The notes: generated by a model from the sequence alone, not told the origin. A DNA stretch of 64,000 bases from Oscillospiraceae bacterium (GCA_022793095.1 JAAWCD010000002.1:13037-77036), one strand, 5' to 3'; counted from the first letter of the stretch, positions 17,081 through 26,623 are shown. Translations and numbers: made by a program.

Positions 17081-17243
17081 TTATCATAAAGGACCCTTGG
17101 CAAAATGTCAAGCATTCTTTTGCGGTATGGCGAAAGTAGATAAAAAATGTGGGGAAAGATTGGAGAAAATTTGCAGGACAGAAGGCCGAATTTCGTGATA
17201 TAGTAGGAAGGATAAAAATTTTGACGAATGAGGAGGCGTTACA

Positions 17244-18485
17244 ATGGCAGAGCAGAAGAAACCGCGGGGCGCGGACGACGATTATGCCCTTGAAGCGGTC
17301 CCAGCCGCAGCGCGAAAGGGCTTCTGGAGCATGTTTGTGGTCATGATGGGCTTCACCTTTTTCTCAGCCAGCATGAGCGTGGGGGCCAAGCTGGGCAACG
17401 GACTGGATTTGAGCGGCTTTGTGTGGGCCGTGGTCACCGGCGGCGTCATCCTGGGCGCGTACACCGGCGGGCTGGCCTACATCGGCTGCGACACCGGCCT
17501 GACCCTGGACCTGCTGGCCCAGCGCTCCTTTGGCGCCGCCGGGTCCAAGCTGGCCTCGGTGCTCATCGCCTTCACGCAGATTGGCTGGTTCGGCGTCGGC
17601 GTGGCCATGTTCGCCATTCCCGCGGCGGAGCTGCTGGGCGTCCGTCCAGTGCTTCTGGTGCTCATTGCCGGACTGTGCATGACGGCCTCAGCTTATTTCG
17701 GCATCAAGGCCCTCACCATTGTCAGCGCCATTTCCGTGCCGCTGATCGCCATTCTGGGTGTGTACTCCATGACCCTCTCCACCATTGAGGGCGGCGGGCT
17801 GGTGGCAATTTTCTCCCAGTCCTCCGGACAGCTGTCCATTCTGGCGGGCGTGGGGCTGGTGATTGGCTCCTTTGTCAGCGGCGGCACAGCTACTCCCAAT
17901 TTCGTCCGGTTCGCGAAAAATAACGCGGTGGCTGTGTCCACCACGGTGATCGCCTTTTTCCTGGGGAATTCCCTGATGTTCGCCTTCGGTGCAGTGGGCG
18001 GCGCGTTCACGGGACAGGACGACATTTTTTATGTGATGATCGCCCAGGGGCTGGCTATTCCCGCTCTGGTGGTGCTGGGGGCCAACATCTGGACCACCAA
18101 TAACAACGCCCTGTACACCGGCGGCCTGGGGCTGACCAATATCACCGGCCTGCGGCAGAAGCCCATGGTGCTGGTGTCCGGCGCGGTGGGCACGGTGGCA
18201 GCGATTTGGCTGTACAACAATTTTGTGGGCTGGCTGAATTTTTTGAATGCCACACTGCCGCCTGTGGGCATTATTGTCATGCTGGACTATTTTATGCACC
18301 GGGACGCCTATCGGGAAGGAGCTGCGCCCGCCCGGCAGGTGAACTGGGGCTCTATCGCGGGCGTGATTTTAGGCGCGCTGGTGGGAAATTTTGTGCCGGT
18401 AGGCATCACTTCCATCAACGCCATGATTGCCGCCGGCATCTGCTATCTTGCTGCGGACAAGCTGGTGTATGGGAAGAAGGGATAA
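17244..18485 (+). CDS. codB: cytosine/purine permease (NCS1 family)
   Basis: 413-aa 12-TM-type ORF with an NCS1-like N-terminus. Located directly upstream of the cytosine deaminase gene. Confidence 0.85.
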   Translation: MAEQKKPRGADDDYALEAVPAAARKGFWSMFVVMMGFTFFSASMSVGAKLGNGLDLSGFVWAVVTGGVILGAYTGGLAYIGCDTGLTLDLLAQRSFGAAGSKLASVLIAFTQIGWFGVGVAMFAIPAAELLGVRPVLLVLIAGLCMTASAYFGIKALTIVSAISVPLIAILGVYSMTLSTIEGGGLVAIFSQSSGQLSILAGVGLVIGSFVSGGTATPNFVRFAKNNAVAVSTTVIAFFLGNSLMFAFGAVGGAFTGQDDIFYVMIAQGLAIPALVVLGANIWTTNNNALYTGGLGLTNITGLRQKPMVLVSGAVGTVAAIWLYNNFVGWLNFLNATLPPVGIIVMLDYFMHRDAYREGAAPARQVNWGSIAGVILGALVGNFVPVGITSINAMIAAGICYLAADKLVYGKKG

Positions 18486-18589
18486 CCGTATCCATTCGGA
18501 ACAACCGCCCTCCCTGCTGGAATCGCTGCAAGTTCCAGCTTGGCGAAACATCTCCTCTATAAAAAACGTTTGAAAGGCGGAATCAATCC

Positions 18590-19825
18590 ATGCTGATTCA
18601 AAATATCTGTATTGAGAACGCGCCCCAGGTCTTGGACATTCGGGTGACTGGCGGCAAATTCGAGGAAATTGCCGCCGGCCTCACCCCACGTCCGGGGGAA
18701 GAGGTCATCGACGGCGCCGGCAGGCTGGCCCTGCCGCCCTTTATCGAGTCCCATGTCCATCTGGACACCTGCCTCACCGCCGGAGAACCGGTGTGGAACC
18801 AGTCCGGCACCCTATTTGAGGGCATCCAGTGCTGGAGCCAGCGCAAGGAGGCCCTCACCAAGCAGGATGTACGGGACCGGGTGCAGCGGGCGGTACGCAT
18901 GCAGGCCCAGAACGGCGTGCAGTACGTCCGCACCCATGTGGACGTGACGGACCCCAAGCTCACCGCCATGGAGGCCCTGCTGGAGCTCCGGGAAGAACTG
19001 CGGGACACCATTGAAATTCAGGTGGTGGCCTTCCCCCAGGAGGGCATTGACTCCTTCCCCAACGGCCGGCAGCTGATGGAAGACGCGGTGAAGATGGGGG
19101 CCGATGTGGTGGGAGCCATTCCCCACTTTGAGTTTACGCGGGAATATGCGGTGGAGTCTCTGAACTTTGCCATGAAGCTGGCGGAGAAGTACGGCAAGCT
19201 GGTGGATGTCCACTGCGACGAGATTGACGACGAACAGAGCCGGGGGCTGGAGGTGCTGGCGGCCCGTGCCTACGAGTCCGGGCTGAAGGATCGGGTGACT
19301 GCCAGCCACACCACGGCCATGCACTCCTATAACAACGCCTATGTGACCAAGCTGATGCGTCTTTTGAAGCTGTCGGAGATCAATTTTGTCTCCAATCCCT
19401 TGGTGAACACCCATTTGCAGGGCCGGATGGACACCTATCCCAAGCGCCGGGGCGTCACGCGGGTGAAGGAGCTGCTGGCGGAGGGCATCAATGTGTCCTT
19501 CGGCCATGACGATATTTTCGACCCCTGGTATCCTCTGGGCACGGGCAATCTGCGGGATGTGGTCTTTTTGGGGCTTCACGTGTGTCAGATGATGGGCTAT
19601 CAGGAGATTATGGACTCCTACAAGCTCATTTCCACCAACGCGGCCAGGACCCTGCATCTGGGAGAGTCCTACGGAATTAAGGCGGGCAATCCGGCCAGCT
19701 TTTTAATTCTGGAGGGGGAGAATTTTTACGACGCTCTCAACCGGAAAGGGGAAGTGCTCTATTCCTTCAAAAACGGACGGCTCATCGCAAGGGCGGAGCC
19801 CGCAGTCCGGGAAGTGCTGTTTTGA
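18590..19825 (+). CDS. codA: cytosine deaminase (amidohydrolase superfamily)
   Basis: PPFIESHVHLDT metal-binding motif, and the length and sequence character of CodA. Confidence 0.87.
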   Translation: MLIQNICIENAPQVLDIRVTGGKFEEIAAGLTPRPGEEVIDGAGRLALPPFIESHVHLDTCLTAGEPVWNQSGTLFEGIQCWSQRKEALTKQDVRDRVQRAVRMQAQNGVQYVRTHVDVTDPKLTAMEALLELREELRDTIEIQVVAFPQEGIDSFPNGRQLMEDAVKMGADVVGAIPHFEFTREYAVESLNFAMKLAEKYGKLVDVHCDEIDDEQSRGLEVLAARAYESGLKDRVTASHTTAMHSYNNAYVTKLMRLLKLSEINFVSNPLVNTHLQGRMDTYPKRRGVTRVKELLAEGINVSFGHDDIFDPWYPLGTGNLRDVVFLGLHVCQMMGYQEIMDSYKLISTNAARTLHLGESYGIKAGNPASFLILEGENFYDALNRKGEVLYSFKNGRLIARAEPAVREVLF

Positions 19826-19913
19826 GTTCTTTTTCTCGAACGATTGAAGGACACTTGATTTTTCGCAGAAAAATCTTAGCGCCTGTTTCAGGAACCAGGA
19901 AAGATGAAATGCA

Positions 19914-19948
19914 AAACTGCCCCTGCCGCATAGCGGCAGAGGCAGCTT
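19914..19948 (+). repeat. left copy of a 35-bp duplicated terminator hairpin flanking B2
   Basis: AAACTGCCCCTGCCGCATAGCGGCAGAGGCAGCTT versus 20129-20163 (33/35 identical, same loop orientation). Confidence 0.85.
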
Positions 19949-20128
19949 CAGGCTGTCGAAAACGCGACAGCCTGAAGCTGATTTCGTCATTCTGACGAAA
20001 TCAGTCGCCTGCGGGCGGGTCACTGCACGCGAAAGCGGGGGCTTCGCCCCCCTTTCACACTTTCCCCCCACGCAAAGTCCTGGCCGTTTTGCCATCCTAT
20101 TTTAACTTTCCTCTTGTTCGACAAGCTG
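19949..20128 (+). mobile_element. family B 180-bp MITE-like element, copy B2
   Basis: CAGGCTGTCGAAAACGCGACAGCCTGAAGCTGATTTCGTCATTCTGACGAAATCAG...GTTCGACAAGCTG. Confidence 0.85.
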
Positions 20129-20163
20129 AAACTGCCCCTGCCGCATAGCGGCAGGGGCAGTTT
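20129..20163 (+). terminator. right copy of the duplicated hairpin, likely the functional bidirectional terminator
   Basis: AAACTGCCCCTGCCGCATAGCGGCAGGGGCAGTTT. Perfect 13-bp stem flanked by A and T runs, 3 nt from the transketolase stop codon. Confidence 0.7.
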
Positions 20164-20166
20164 TCA

Positions 20167-21120
20167 TCATCTTCTTCCCTTTTTCAGGTCCATCGCCTTG
20201 CGGACAGCACTCATAATGCCCTCCGCGTTCAGGTGATAGGCGGCCAGCACCTTGGTGGCCTCGCCGGATCGCCCGAACTGGTCATTGACACCGTGGCGCA
20301 CCACCGGAACCGGGCAGACACTGGAAAGGTATTCACACACCGCGCCGCCCAGCCCGCAAAGCACATTAGCTTCCTCGCTGGTCACAATCGCGCCGGTCTC
20401 CTGTGCCGCCTTCAGCAGCAGATCCTCGTCCAGGGGCTTGATGGTGTGCATGTCAATGACCCGGACAGAAACGCCTTCGGCCTTCAGGGTATCTGCGGCC
20501 TTCACCGCCTCCTGAACCATCATGCCAGTGGCGGCCACTGTCACGTCGCTCCCCTCCCGGAGCACTGCGCCCTTGCCCAGCTCAAAGTGATAGCCCTCCA
20601 CATCGTCGGTGATGGAGTCCACTGCCAGACGGCCCAGCCGCATGTAAACCGGGCCCTTGTGCTCCATCAGCGCCTGAACTGCCAGCCGCATTTCCGGCCC
20701 GTCGCAGGGACACACCACCATCATATGGGGAATGGCACGCATAATGGCAAAGTCCTCAATACACTGATGGGTAGCCCCGTCTTCTCCCACGCTCAGACCG
20801 CCGTGAGATCCCACAATAGTCACATTCATCTGGGGATAGGCCACGGAGTTGCGGACCTGCTCAAAGGCCCGGCCGGTGGCAAACATGGCGAAGGTGTTGG
20901 TGAACACCTTCTTGCCGCAGGCGGCCAGACCGGCGGCTACGCCGGTCATGTTGGCCTCGGCAATGCCCAGATTGAAGAAGCGGTCCGGGAATTTGCCGGC
21001 AAATTTCTTGGACATGGTAGATCCGGACAGGTCTGCGTCCAGTACCACCAGTTCCGGATACCGCTCACCCAGAGCGGCCAGCGCCTCGCCATAGGCAGCG
21101 CGGGTAGCAATGTGTTCCAT
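20167..21120 (-). CDS. transketolase, C-terminal (pyrimidine-binding) subunit
   Basis: MEHIATRAAYGEALAALGERYPELVVLDADLSGST... The ATG at 21120 is preceded by GAGGAGGGGG. The track start at 21195 overlaps the upstream gene. Confidence 0.9.
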   Translation of the reverse strand: MEHIATRAAYGEALAALGERYPELVVLDADLSGSTMSKKFAGKFPDRFFNLGIAEANMTGVAAGLAACGKKVFTNTFAMFATGRAFEQVRNSVAYPQMNVTIVGSHGGLSVGEDGATHQCIEDFAIMRAIPHMMVVCPCDGPEMRLAVQALMEHKGPVYMRLGRLAVDSITDDVEGYHFELGKGAVLREGSDVTVAATGMMVQEAVKAADTLKAEGVSVRVIDMHTIKPLDEDLLLKAAQETGAIVTSEEANVLCGLGGAVCEYLSSVCPVPVVRHGVNDQFGRSGEATKVLAAYHLNAEGIMSAVRKAMDLKKGRR

Positions 21121-21133
21121 GTTCCCCCTCCTC

Positions 21134-21985
21134 TCAGTTCGCGCCGGAAAGCAACGCGTCATACTGCGCCTGAAGCTCTGCCCGGCCCTGTTCATAAAGC
21201 TCGCCGCCGGGGGCCTTGCCGTGCCAGCCAGCCTGGTGCTCCATGTAGGAAACGCCCTTGCCCTTGACGGTCCTGGCCAGGATGACCACCGGACAGCCCT
21301 GGTTCTCTTTGGCGGTCTGGAATGCGGACTCCAGAGCGTTGAAGTCGTGGCCGTCCACCGTCAGCACCCGCCAGCCGAAGGACTCAAACTTTTTGTCCAG
21401 GGGCTCCAAAGGCATCACATCGCTGGTTTTACCGTCGATTTGCAGGCCGTTGACATCTACAATGGCGCAAAGGTTGTCCAGCCCAAACTTGGCCGCAGAC
21501 ATGGCTGCTTCCCAGACTTGGCCCTCGTCCAGCTCGCCGTCTCCCAGCAGAGTGTAGACCCGGTAGCCTTTGCCGTCCATTTTGCCGGCCAGCGCCATGC
21601 CCACAGCGGCGGAGATGCCCTGACCCAGGGATCCGGTGGACATGTCCACGCCGGGCACCTGGTGCATTTCGGCGTGACCGGACATGCAGCCGTCAATGGA
21701 GCGGAACATCTTCAGGTCCTCCTCGGGGAAATAGCCCCGCATGGCCAGGATGGGGTACAGGGCCGGCGTGCAATGGCCTTTGCTGAGGACGAAGCGGTCC
21801 CGGTCAGGGTCTCTGGGTTCGGCGGGGTTGACGCGCATCACGCCATTGTAGAGGAGCGTGACGATCTCCATGGCGGACAGAGAGCCGCCAATATGTCCGG
21901 AGGCGGCGCGATGCACCATCTCCAGGCCCAGCAGCCGGCCCTTGGCGGCCGTCACTGCCAGAGAGTGGATCTGAGACTGTTCCAT
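21134..21985 (-). CDS. transketolase, N-terminal (TPP-binding) subunit
   Basis: GHIGGSLS, GDGELDEGQVWEA (TPP motif). 283 aa. Confidence 0.9.
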   Translation of the reverse strand: MEQSQIHSLAVTAAKGRLLGLEMVHRAASGHIGGSLSAMEIVTLLYNGVMRVNPAEPRDPDRDRFVLSKGHCTPALYPILAMRGYFPEEDLKMFRSIDGCMSGHAEMHQVPGVDMSTGSLGQGISAAVGMALAGKMDGKGYRVYTLLGDGELDEGQVWEAAMSAAKFGLDNLCAIVDVNGLQIDGKTSDVMPLEPLDKKFESFGWRVLTVDGHDFNALESAFQTAKENQGCPVVILARTVKGKGVSYMEHQAGWHGKAPGGELYEQGRAELQAQYDALLSGAN

Positions 21986-22000
21986 GTTTTTCTCCCTTCT

Positions 22001-22045
22001 CTTCTTTTTCTTGAAAGAAAAAGAAGCAAAAAGAACGTTAAACTG
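22001..22045 (-). repeat. family A unit A11
   Basis: CTTCTTTTTCTTGAAAGAAAAAGAAG + CAAAAAGAACGTTAAACTG. The hairpin ends 15 nt upstream of the ATG at 21985. Confidence 0.9.
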
Positions 22046-22157
22046 TTTCCTTGTAAAGTTGAACCTGGTGGATATCGCCGTTTTAGGGAACCGCTGATTA
22101 AACCGGCGTGCGCGGATTGGCGCGCAAATTTTTTGGTGGGGACGCTGAATTGATCTG

Positions 22158-24056
22158 CTACCACATTAAACTTTGCAGCGGAGTTTTCCGTAGATAGTAT
22201 TGAACCCAGTCAAATTTCTGCACCAATTCCTGTTGTTCCTCGGTCAGGTCTCCCCAGAAGGATCCGGATTCCAGATACCGGTCAGAGGAGGTGAACACGG
22301 GAACCGCTTCCTTCACCTCCTGGGAAAATTGAAGGAAGGAGGAGCCTGTCCACCCGCACTGCTCAAAGAGCTCGCTCATGAGGAAGCAGGGGGAGATGGC
22401 CGGCCCCTGGCCAACAAACCGCTCGTGGAGCGCCAGCTTGGCGGCATGGTTGCCCCAGATGAGGTAGGGGGTGGAGTAGTAGTTAAAGAACCCCTCTTCC
22501 GTGCCCAGGTCCAGTTCAATGCCAACCTCTTTATAGACGCTGTTGCCGTCTCCCAGCCATGGCTTATGGTCGCCAAAGACCACCAGCACCACCGGCTCTT
22601 CCAGCCGGTCCAGCTGCCGGACCAGCTCGGACAGGTGTTCCCCTGTCCGGCGGATTCCGTCCAGATAGTTGTTCAGAATGTTCTGTGTCTCCTCAGACCA
22701 TCTGCACTTCCGGGGCATATAGTCTTCCCAGGTCGTGCCTTTCCCGGAATAGGGCCCGTGATTCTGATAAGTCACGTTGAAGGAGAACTGAGGGGCCTCC
22801 TGTACCAGGATGGACATCCGCTCTCCCAGGTGGGGCAGGAAAATGCCGTCGGAATGGTAGGGCGCTACCTGGGGATCAATCAGATCGCTGTAGTAGTTTT
22901 CAGAGAATAAATACTGGAAAAATCCCAGATTTTCATTCACATTGGTCCGGTTGTAAAACCAGCTGTAGCCGGGATGGCCTCCCTCTACCCAGTAGCCCTG
23001 CTGCCGGAAATACCAGGCATAGGACTGGGTGGGCGACCGGAAGGAACCCAAATCCGCGTATCCAGTGAGGAAGCACCGCTCCGTGTCAATGGTGCCCCCG
23101 GCAAAGCAGTTTGTCACCAGCGTGCCCGACCAGCTCCGATTCTGGAGGGCGTGAAACGCCTCATAAGCGGGCTCGGCAAAGGCCAGCTGCTCAAATTCCG
23201 TCAGGTCGCAGTAGGCCTCCAGCATAATGCCCAGCACACTGACCCTTTCCTCCTCCGGAATGTCCTCCCCCTCATACTCCGCCAGAATCTGCCTGGCCTT
23301 TTCCGGGCTGTACCCGGCTGGGGGATCGTCTCGGGCTGCTTTTGCCGAGTAAAGAAAGGGATACAAAAACCCCTTGGATTGATAGACCTGCGTGTCATTC
23401 CAAATGTTAATCAGCGCTTCGTTGGCTGTCTTCCGGTAGACCGCCGCGTTCTGATACACCAGCGGCCACAGGACCAGCGCCGCCAGCAGCAGCCCGGCCG
23501 CTCCCTTGGCCCGCGCCTTCCAATGGCTTTTCCAGTCCGGCAGCTTCCAACCGCCCAGCAGCAGGCTGGCCGCAGCCAGCGCCAGCCAGACCCAGATGGA
23601 GGTCCAGGCCTCGCCCGAAAGCTCAATGGTGTAATGGCCTGCCATGTTTCCCGCCTCGCCGGCCAGGGACAGGTCCTCCCACAGAAATGGGGTGCTCCGC
23701 AGGGCTAGCTTGATTTCGTTGATGATGGTGAGCGTCAGGGTCACGCCGCCGGAGAGGAGCACGCCAACCCAAGCCTGATTTGTGAGCACCCAGCACAGGG
23801 CAGCCAGCCAGAGCACTGGCAGCACGTTGAGCACCACCAGCAGCGGCACTGTAAAATAGCTTTGGAACATCTCCGGGCCAAAGGATCCAGGGGCAATCCA
23901 CAGGGACAAAACGCCCACTGTGATGGCCGAAAGAACCAATAGGCCCGCAGTCAGTGCAGGCTGCAGCGCCTGGCCGGTCCGGGTGTTGGCCGATCTCCGG
24001 CCTGAGGCGCGCAGCCAGAGGTCAAGCGCTTTCCCAAGAGGCTTTTGTTCATTCAA
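22158..24056 (-). CDS. LTA synthase-family (sulfatase-fold) membrane protein
   Basis: N-terminal polytopic region plus a C-terminal alkaline-phosphatase-superfamily domain ([12 protein letters not shown]). The TTG start overlaps the glyQS stop (TTGA). Confidence 0.82.
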   Translation of the reverse strand: MNEQKPLGKALDLWLRASGRRSANTRTGQALQPALTAGLLVLSAITVGVLSLWIAPGSFGPEMFQSYFTVPLLVVLNVLPVLWLAALCWVLTNQAWVGVLLSGGVTLTLTIINEIKLALRSTPFLWEDLSLAGEAGNMAGHYTIELSGEAWTSIWVWLALAAASLLLGGWKLPDWKSHWKARAKGAAGLLLAALVLWPLVYQNAAVYRKTANEALINIWNDTQVYQSKGFLYPFLYSAKAARDDPPAGYSPEKARQILAEYEGEDIPEEERVSVLGIMLEAYCDLTEFEQLAFAEPAYEAFHALQNRSWSGTLVTNCFAGGTIDTERCFLTGYADLGSFRSPTQSYAWYFRQQGYWVEGGHPGYSWFYNRTNVNENLGFFQYLFSENYYSDLIDPQVAPYHSDGIFLPHLGERMSILVQEAPQFSFNVTYQNHGPYSGKGTTWEDYMPRKCRWSEETQNILNNYLDGIRRTGEHLSELVRQLDRLEEPVVLVVFGDHKPWLGDGNSVYKEVGIELDLGTEEGFFNYYSTPYLIWGNHAAKLALHERFVGQGPAISPCFLMSELFEQCGWTGSSFLQFSQEVKEAVPVFTSSDRYLESGSFWGDLTEEQQELVQKFDWVQYYLRKTPLQSLMW

Positions 24057-25483
24057 TACTCTAATTTCCTCCGCAGATAGGCTTCCAGTTCGTCAATGGG
24101 TACCCGCTCCTGCTCCATGCTGTCCCGTTCCCGGACCGTGACGCAGTTGTCAGCAGGGGTGTTCCCGTCGCCGGTGGTCTCAAAGTCCACGGTGACACAG
24201 AAGGGCGTTCCGATCTCGTCCTCCCGGCGGTAGCGCTTGCCGATGGAGCCGGCGTCGTCGTAGTCCACCATGAAATGCTTGGACAGCTGCGTGTAAATTT
24301 CCTGAGCCTTGGGTGCCAGCTTTTTGCTCAGGGGGAGCACGGCGCACTTGAAGGGGGCCAGGGCGGGATGGAGCCGGAGCACCACCCGGATATCGTCCTT
24401 GCCGTTCTTGTCCTGGCCGACCACCTCCTCGTCATAGGCGTCGATGAGGAAGGCCAGCGTGACCCGGTCCGCGCCCAGAGAGGGCTCGATCACGTAGGGA
24501 ATGTAATGCTCGTTTTTCTCCTGGTCAAAGTAGGTCATATCCTTGCCGGAGGTAGTCTGATGGGCGTTCAGGTCAAAGTTGGTCCGGCTGGCCACGCCCC
24601 ACAGCTCGCCCCAGCCGAAGGGGAAGACAAACTCGAAGTCGGTGGTGGCGTTGGAATAGTGGCTCAGCTCCTCGGGGTCGTGGTCCCGAAGACGGAGGTT
24701 TTCCCCCTGGATGCCCAGGCCCAGCAGCCAGTCATGGCAGAACTTCTTCCAGTAGGCAAACCACTCCAGCTCGGTGCCGGGGGTACAGAAGAACTCCAGC
24801 TCCATCTGCTCAAACTCCCGGGTGCGGAAAGTGAAGTTACCGGGGGTGATCTCGTTGCGGAAGGACTTGCCGATCTGGCACACGCCGAAGGGCAGCTTCT
24901 TCCGGGTGGTCCGCTGGACGTTCTGGAAGTTGACGAAGATGCCCTGCGCGGTCTCGGGCCGGAGGTAGACGGTGTTTTTGGCGTCCTCAGTGACGCCCTG
25001 GAAGGTTTTGAACATCAGGTTAAACTGACGGATATCGGTCCAGTTGTGCTTGCCGCAGGTGGGGCAGCAGATGTTGTGCTCCTCCACGAAGTCCTTCATC
25101 TGGGTCTGGGTCATGGCGTCAACGCTGTGGCCCAGGTCGAACTTGTTTTCCTGACACCAGTCCTCAATGACCTTGTCGGCGCGGAAGCGCTCCTTGCACT
25201 CCTTGCAGTCCATCAGGGGGTCGGAGAAGCCGCCCACATGGCCGGAGGCCACCCAGGTCTGGGGATTCATGAGAATGGCGGCGTCCAGGCCCACGTTATA
25301 GGGGTTTTCCTGGACAAATTTTTTCCACCAGGCTTTTTTCACGTTGTTTTTTAGCTCCACGCCCAGGGGACCGTAATCCCAAGTGTTGGCGAGGCCGCCG
25401 TAGATCTCGCTGCCCGCGAAGATAAAGCCGCGGCCTTTGCACAGGGCCACGATTTTTTCCATGGTTTTCTCTTGATTTTTCAT
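24053..25483 (-). CDS. glyQS: glycine--tRNA ligase (alpha2 homodimeric type)
   Basis: [34 protein letters not shown]... is typical of GlyQS. AGGAGAG lies 7 nt before the ATG at 25483. Confidence 0.95.
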   Translation of the reverse strand: MKNQEKTMEKIVALCKGRGFIFAGSEIYGGLANTWDYGPLGVELKNNVKKAWWKKFVQENPYNVGLDAAILMNPQTWVASGHVGGFSDPLMDCKECKERFRADKVIEDWCQENKFDLGHSVDAMTQTQMKDFVEEHNICCPTCGKHNWTDIRQFNLMFKTFQGVTEDAKNTVYLRPETAQGIFVNFQNVQRTTRKKLPFGVCQIGKSFRNEITPGNFTFRTREFEQMELEFFCTPGTELEWFAYWKKFCHDWLLGLGIQGENLRLRDHDPEELSHYSNATTDFEFVFPFGWGELWGVASRTNFDLNAHQTTSGKDMTYFDQEKNEHYIPYVIEPSLGADRVTLAFLIDAYDEEVVGQDKNGKDDIRVVLRLHPALAPFKCAVLPLSKKLAPKAQEIYTQLSKHFMVDYDDAGSIGKRYRREDEIGTPFCVTVDFETTGDGNTPADNCVTVRERDSMEQERVPIDELEAYLRRKLEY

Positions 25484-25540
25484 GCTGCATCTCTCCTGTC
25501 TCCCCCATGGCGTGGGGGCGGTTTTGCCATATACAGTACC

Positions 25541-25568
25541 ATTATATCCTACCTATGCCTGTTGTCAA
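25541..25568 (-). promoter_or_regulatory. sigma-A promoter of glyQS
   Basis: Minus strand: TTGACA, a 16-nt spacer, then TATAAT, about 55 nt upstream of the ATG. Confidence 0.6.
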
Positions 25569-25627
25569 TCCGCAGGGGACCAAAAAACGACCTTTTTTCA
25601 GGGAATTCCATAGCAAAAAAGACGGAA

Positions 25628-25670
25628 CCCGCTTTCTTGAAAGAAAGCGGGGCAAAGAACTTTAAACTGG
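25628..25670 (-). repeat. family A unit A12
   Basis: CCCGCTTTCTTGAAAGAAAGCGGG + GCAAAGAACTTTAAACTGG. Confidence 0.9.
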
Positions 25671-25789
25671 CGGACTGCCATGCCCGTCAGGGGAGCGGTT
25701 TCCCTTGGGAAGGCCGGGCGGCTTCCTCCAAAGTCTGCTATGGGTGCGTTTGGAAGGGGCCAGGAAGCGTGGACTGATGGGTCTGGGAC

Positions 25790-26623
25790 CTACGCACGCT
25801 CCTTCCTCCGAGCATAGAGCACATAATTGAACACCGCCCCTAGAATCAGCACATTCCCGCACAGGTAGAGCCAAATCATGAGGATGATGACAGAAGCCAG
25901 AGACCCGTAAACCAGAGAATAACGGGAGGACTGGCCAATGAACCAGGAAAAGAGAATAGAGGCCGCGGCCAGCAGCAGGGCGGTGAGGGCGGACCCAATC
26001 AGCACCGGCGGATGAGGCTTTTCTCTAGGTGCGGTGGCCCGGTAGAAGAGGGCCAGAAACAGAAACATCACCCCGCACAGCAGCCAGTAGCGCATCCAGG
26101 TCCAGCTTCCGGGAAAGGCGGAGATGTGAAGAAACTCCTTGATGGTGTTGAAGAACCAGCTTCCAGTGAGGATGACCGCAATAGAGGCGTACATGATAAG
26201 GAGAAAGGCAGCGGAAAAGACCACCGAGGCCAGAATGGTCCAAAGGCCCGGAAAGGCGGGCTTCCGGTAGATTTCGGAGGTGATGTTCATCAGCGCCCGA
26301 AAGGCGGCGGAGGAAGAGGTCAGGGTCATGATGAGCCCGCCCCAGAAGAGGGCTCCGGACTGATTGCCGCTGATGTAGGTGACGTAATCGCCCACCACCG
26401 CGGCGGCCTGGACCGGCATGACGCTCTCCAGCACCTGAAGCAGCTTTTCCACATCCAGATGGAGCATGCCCACAATGGCGTTGACCATGATGAGCAGGGG
26501 AAACAGGGACAGCACCAGAAAATAGGCCAGCTCCGCGGCGGACCGGGAGCCCCGGCGGTCCAGGAAAACCTGGGCAATGTCCAGAATGAATTTGACCGGA
26601 CGGCATTGGATCAGCTTTTTCAT
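25790..26623 (-). CDS. YihY/BrkB-family membrane protein
   Basis: MKKLIQCRPVKFILDIAQVFLDRRGSRSAAELAYFLVLSLFPLL... GGAGGGA precedes the ATG at 26623. The longer track ORF overlaps the upstream gene. Confidence 0.85.
   Translation of the reverse strand: MKKLIQCRPVKFILDIAQVFLDRRGSRSAAELAYFLVLSLFPLLIMVNAIVGMLHLDVEKLLQVLESVMPVQAAAVVGDYVTYISGNQSGALFWGGLIMTLTSSSAAFRALMNITSEIYRKPAFPGLWTILASVVFSAAFLLIMYASIAVILTGSWFFNTIKEFLHISAFPGSWTWMRYWLLCGVMFLFLALFYRATAPREKPHPPVLIGSALTALLLAAASILFSWFIGQSSRYSLVYGSLASVIILMIWLYLCGNVLILGAVFNYVLYARRKERA

Noticed and set aside
22001-22045. Family A hairpins as ordinary Rho-independent terminators.
   Set aside because: The stems are AU-rich and are followed by purine-rich sequence (AGAA...) or by the conserved tail, not by a U-tract. 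Many lie between co-oriented, apparently co-transcribed genes directly upstream of an RBS. Genuine GC-rich terminators are present separately, for example at 6405, 34003, 43226, 57845 and 60499.
25484-25627. A T-box riboswitch upstream of glyQS.
   Set aside because: No T-box core or long leader is present. A consensus promoter sits about 55 nt from the ATG.
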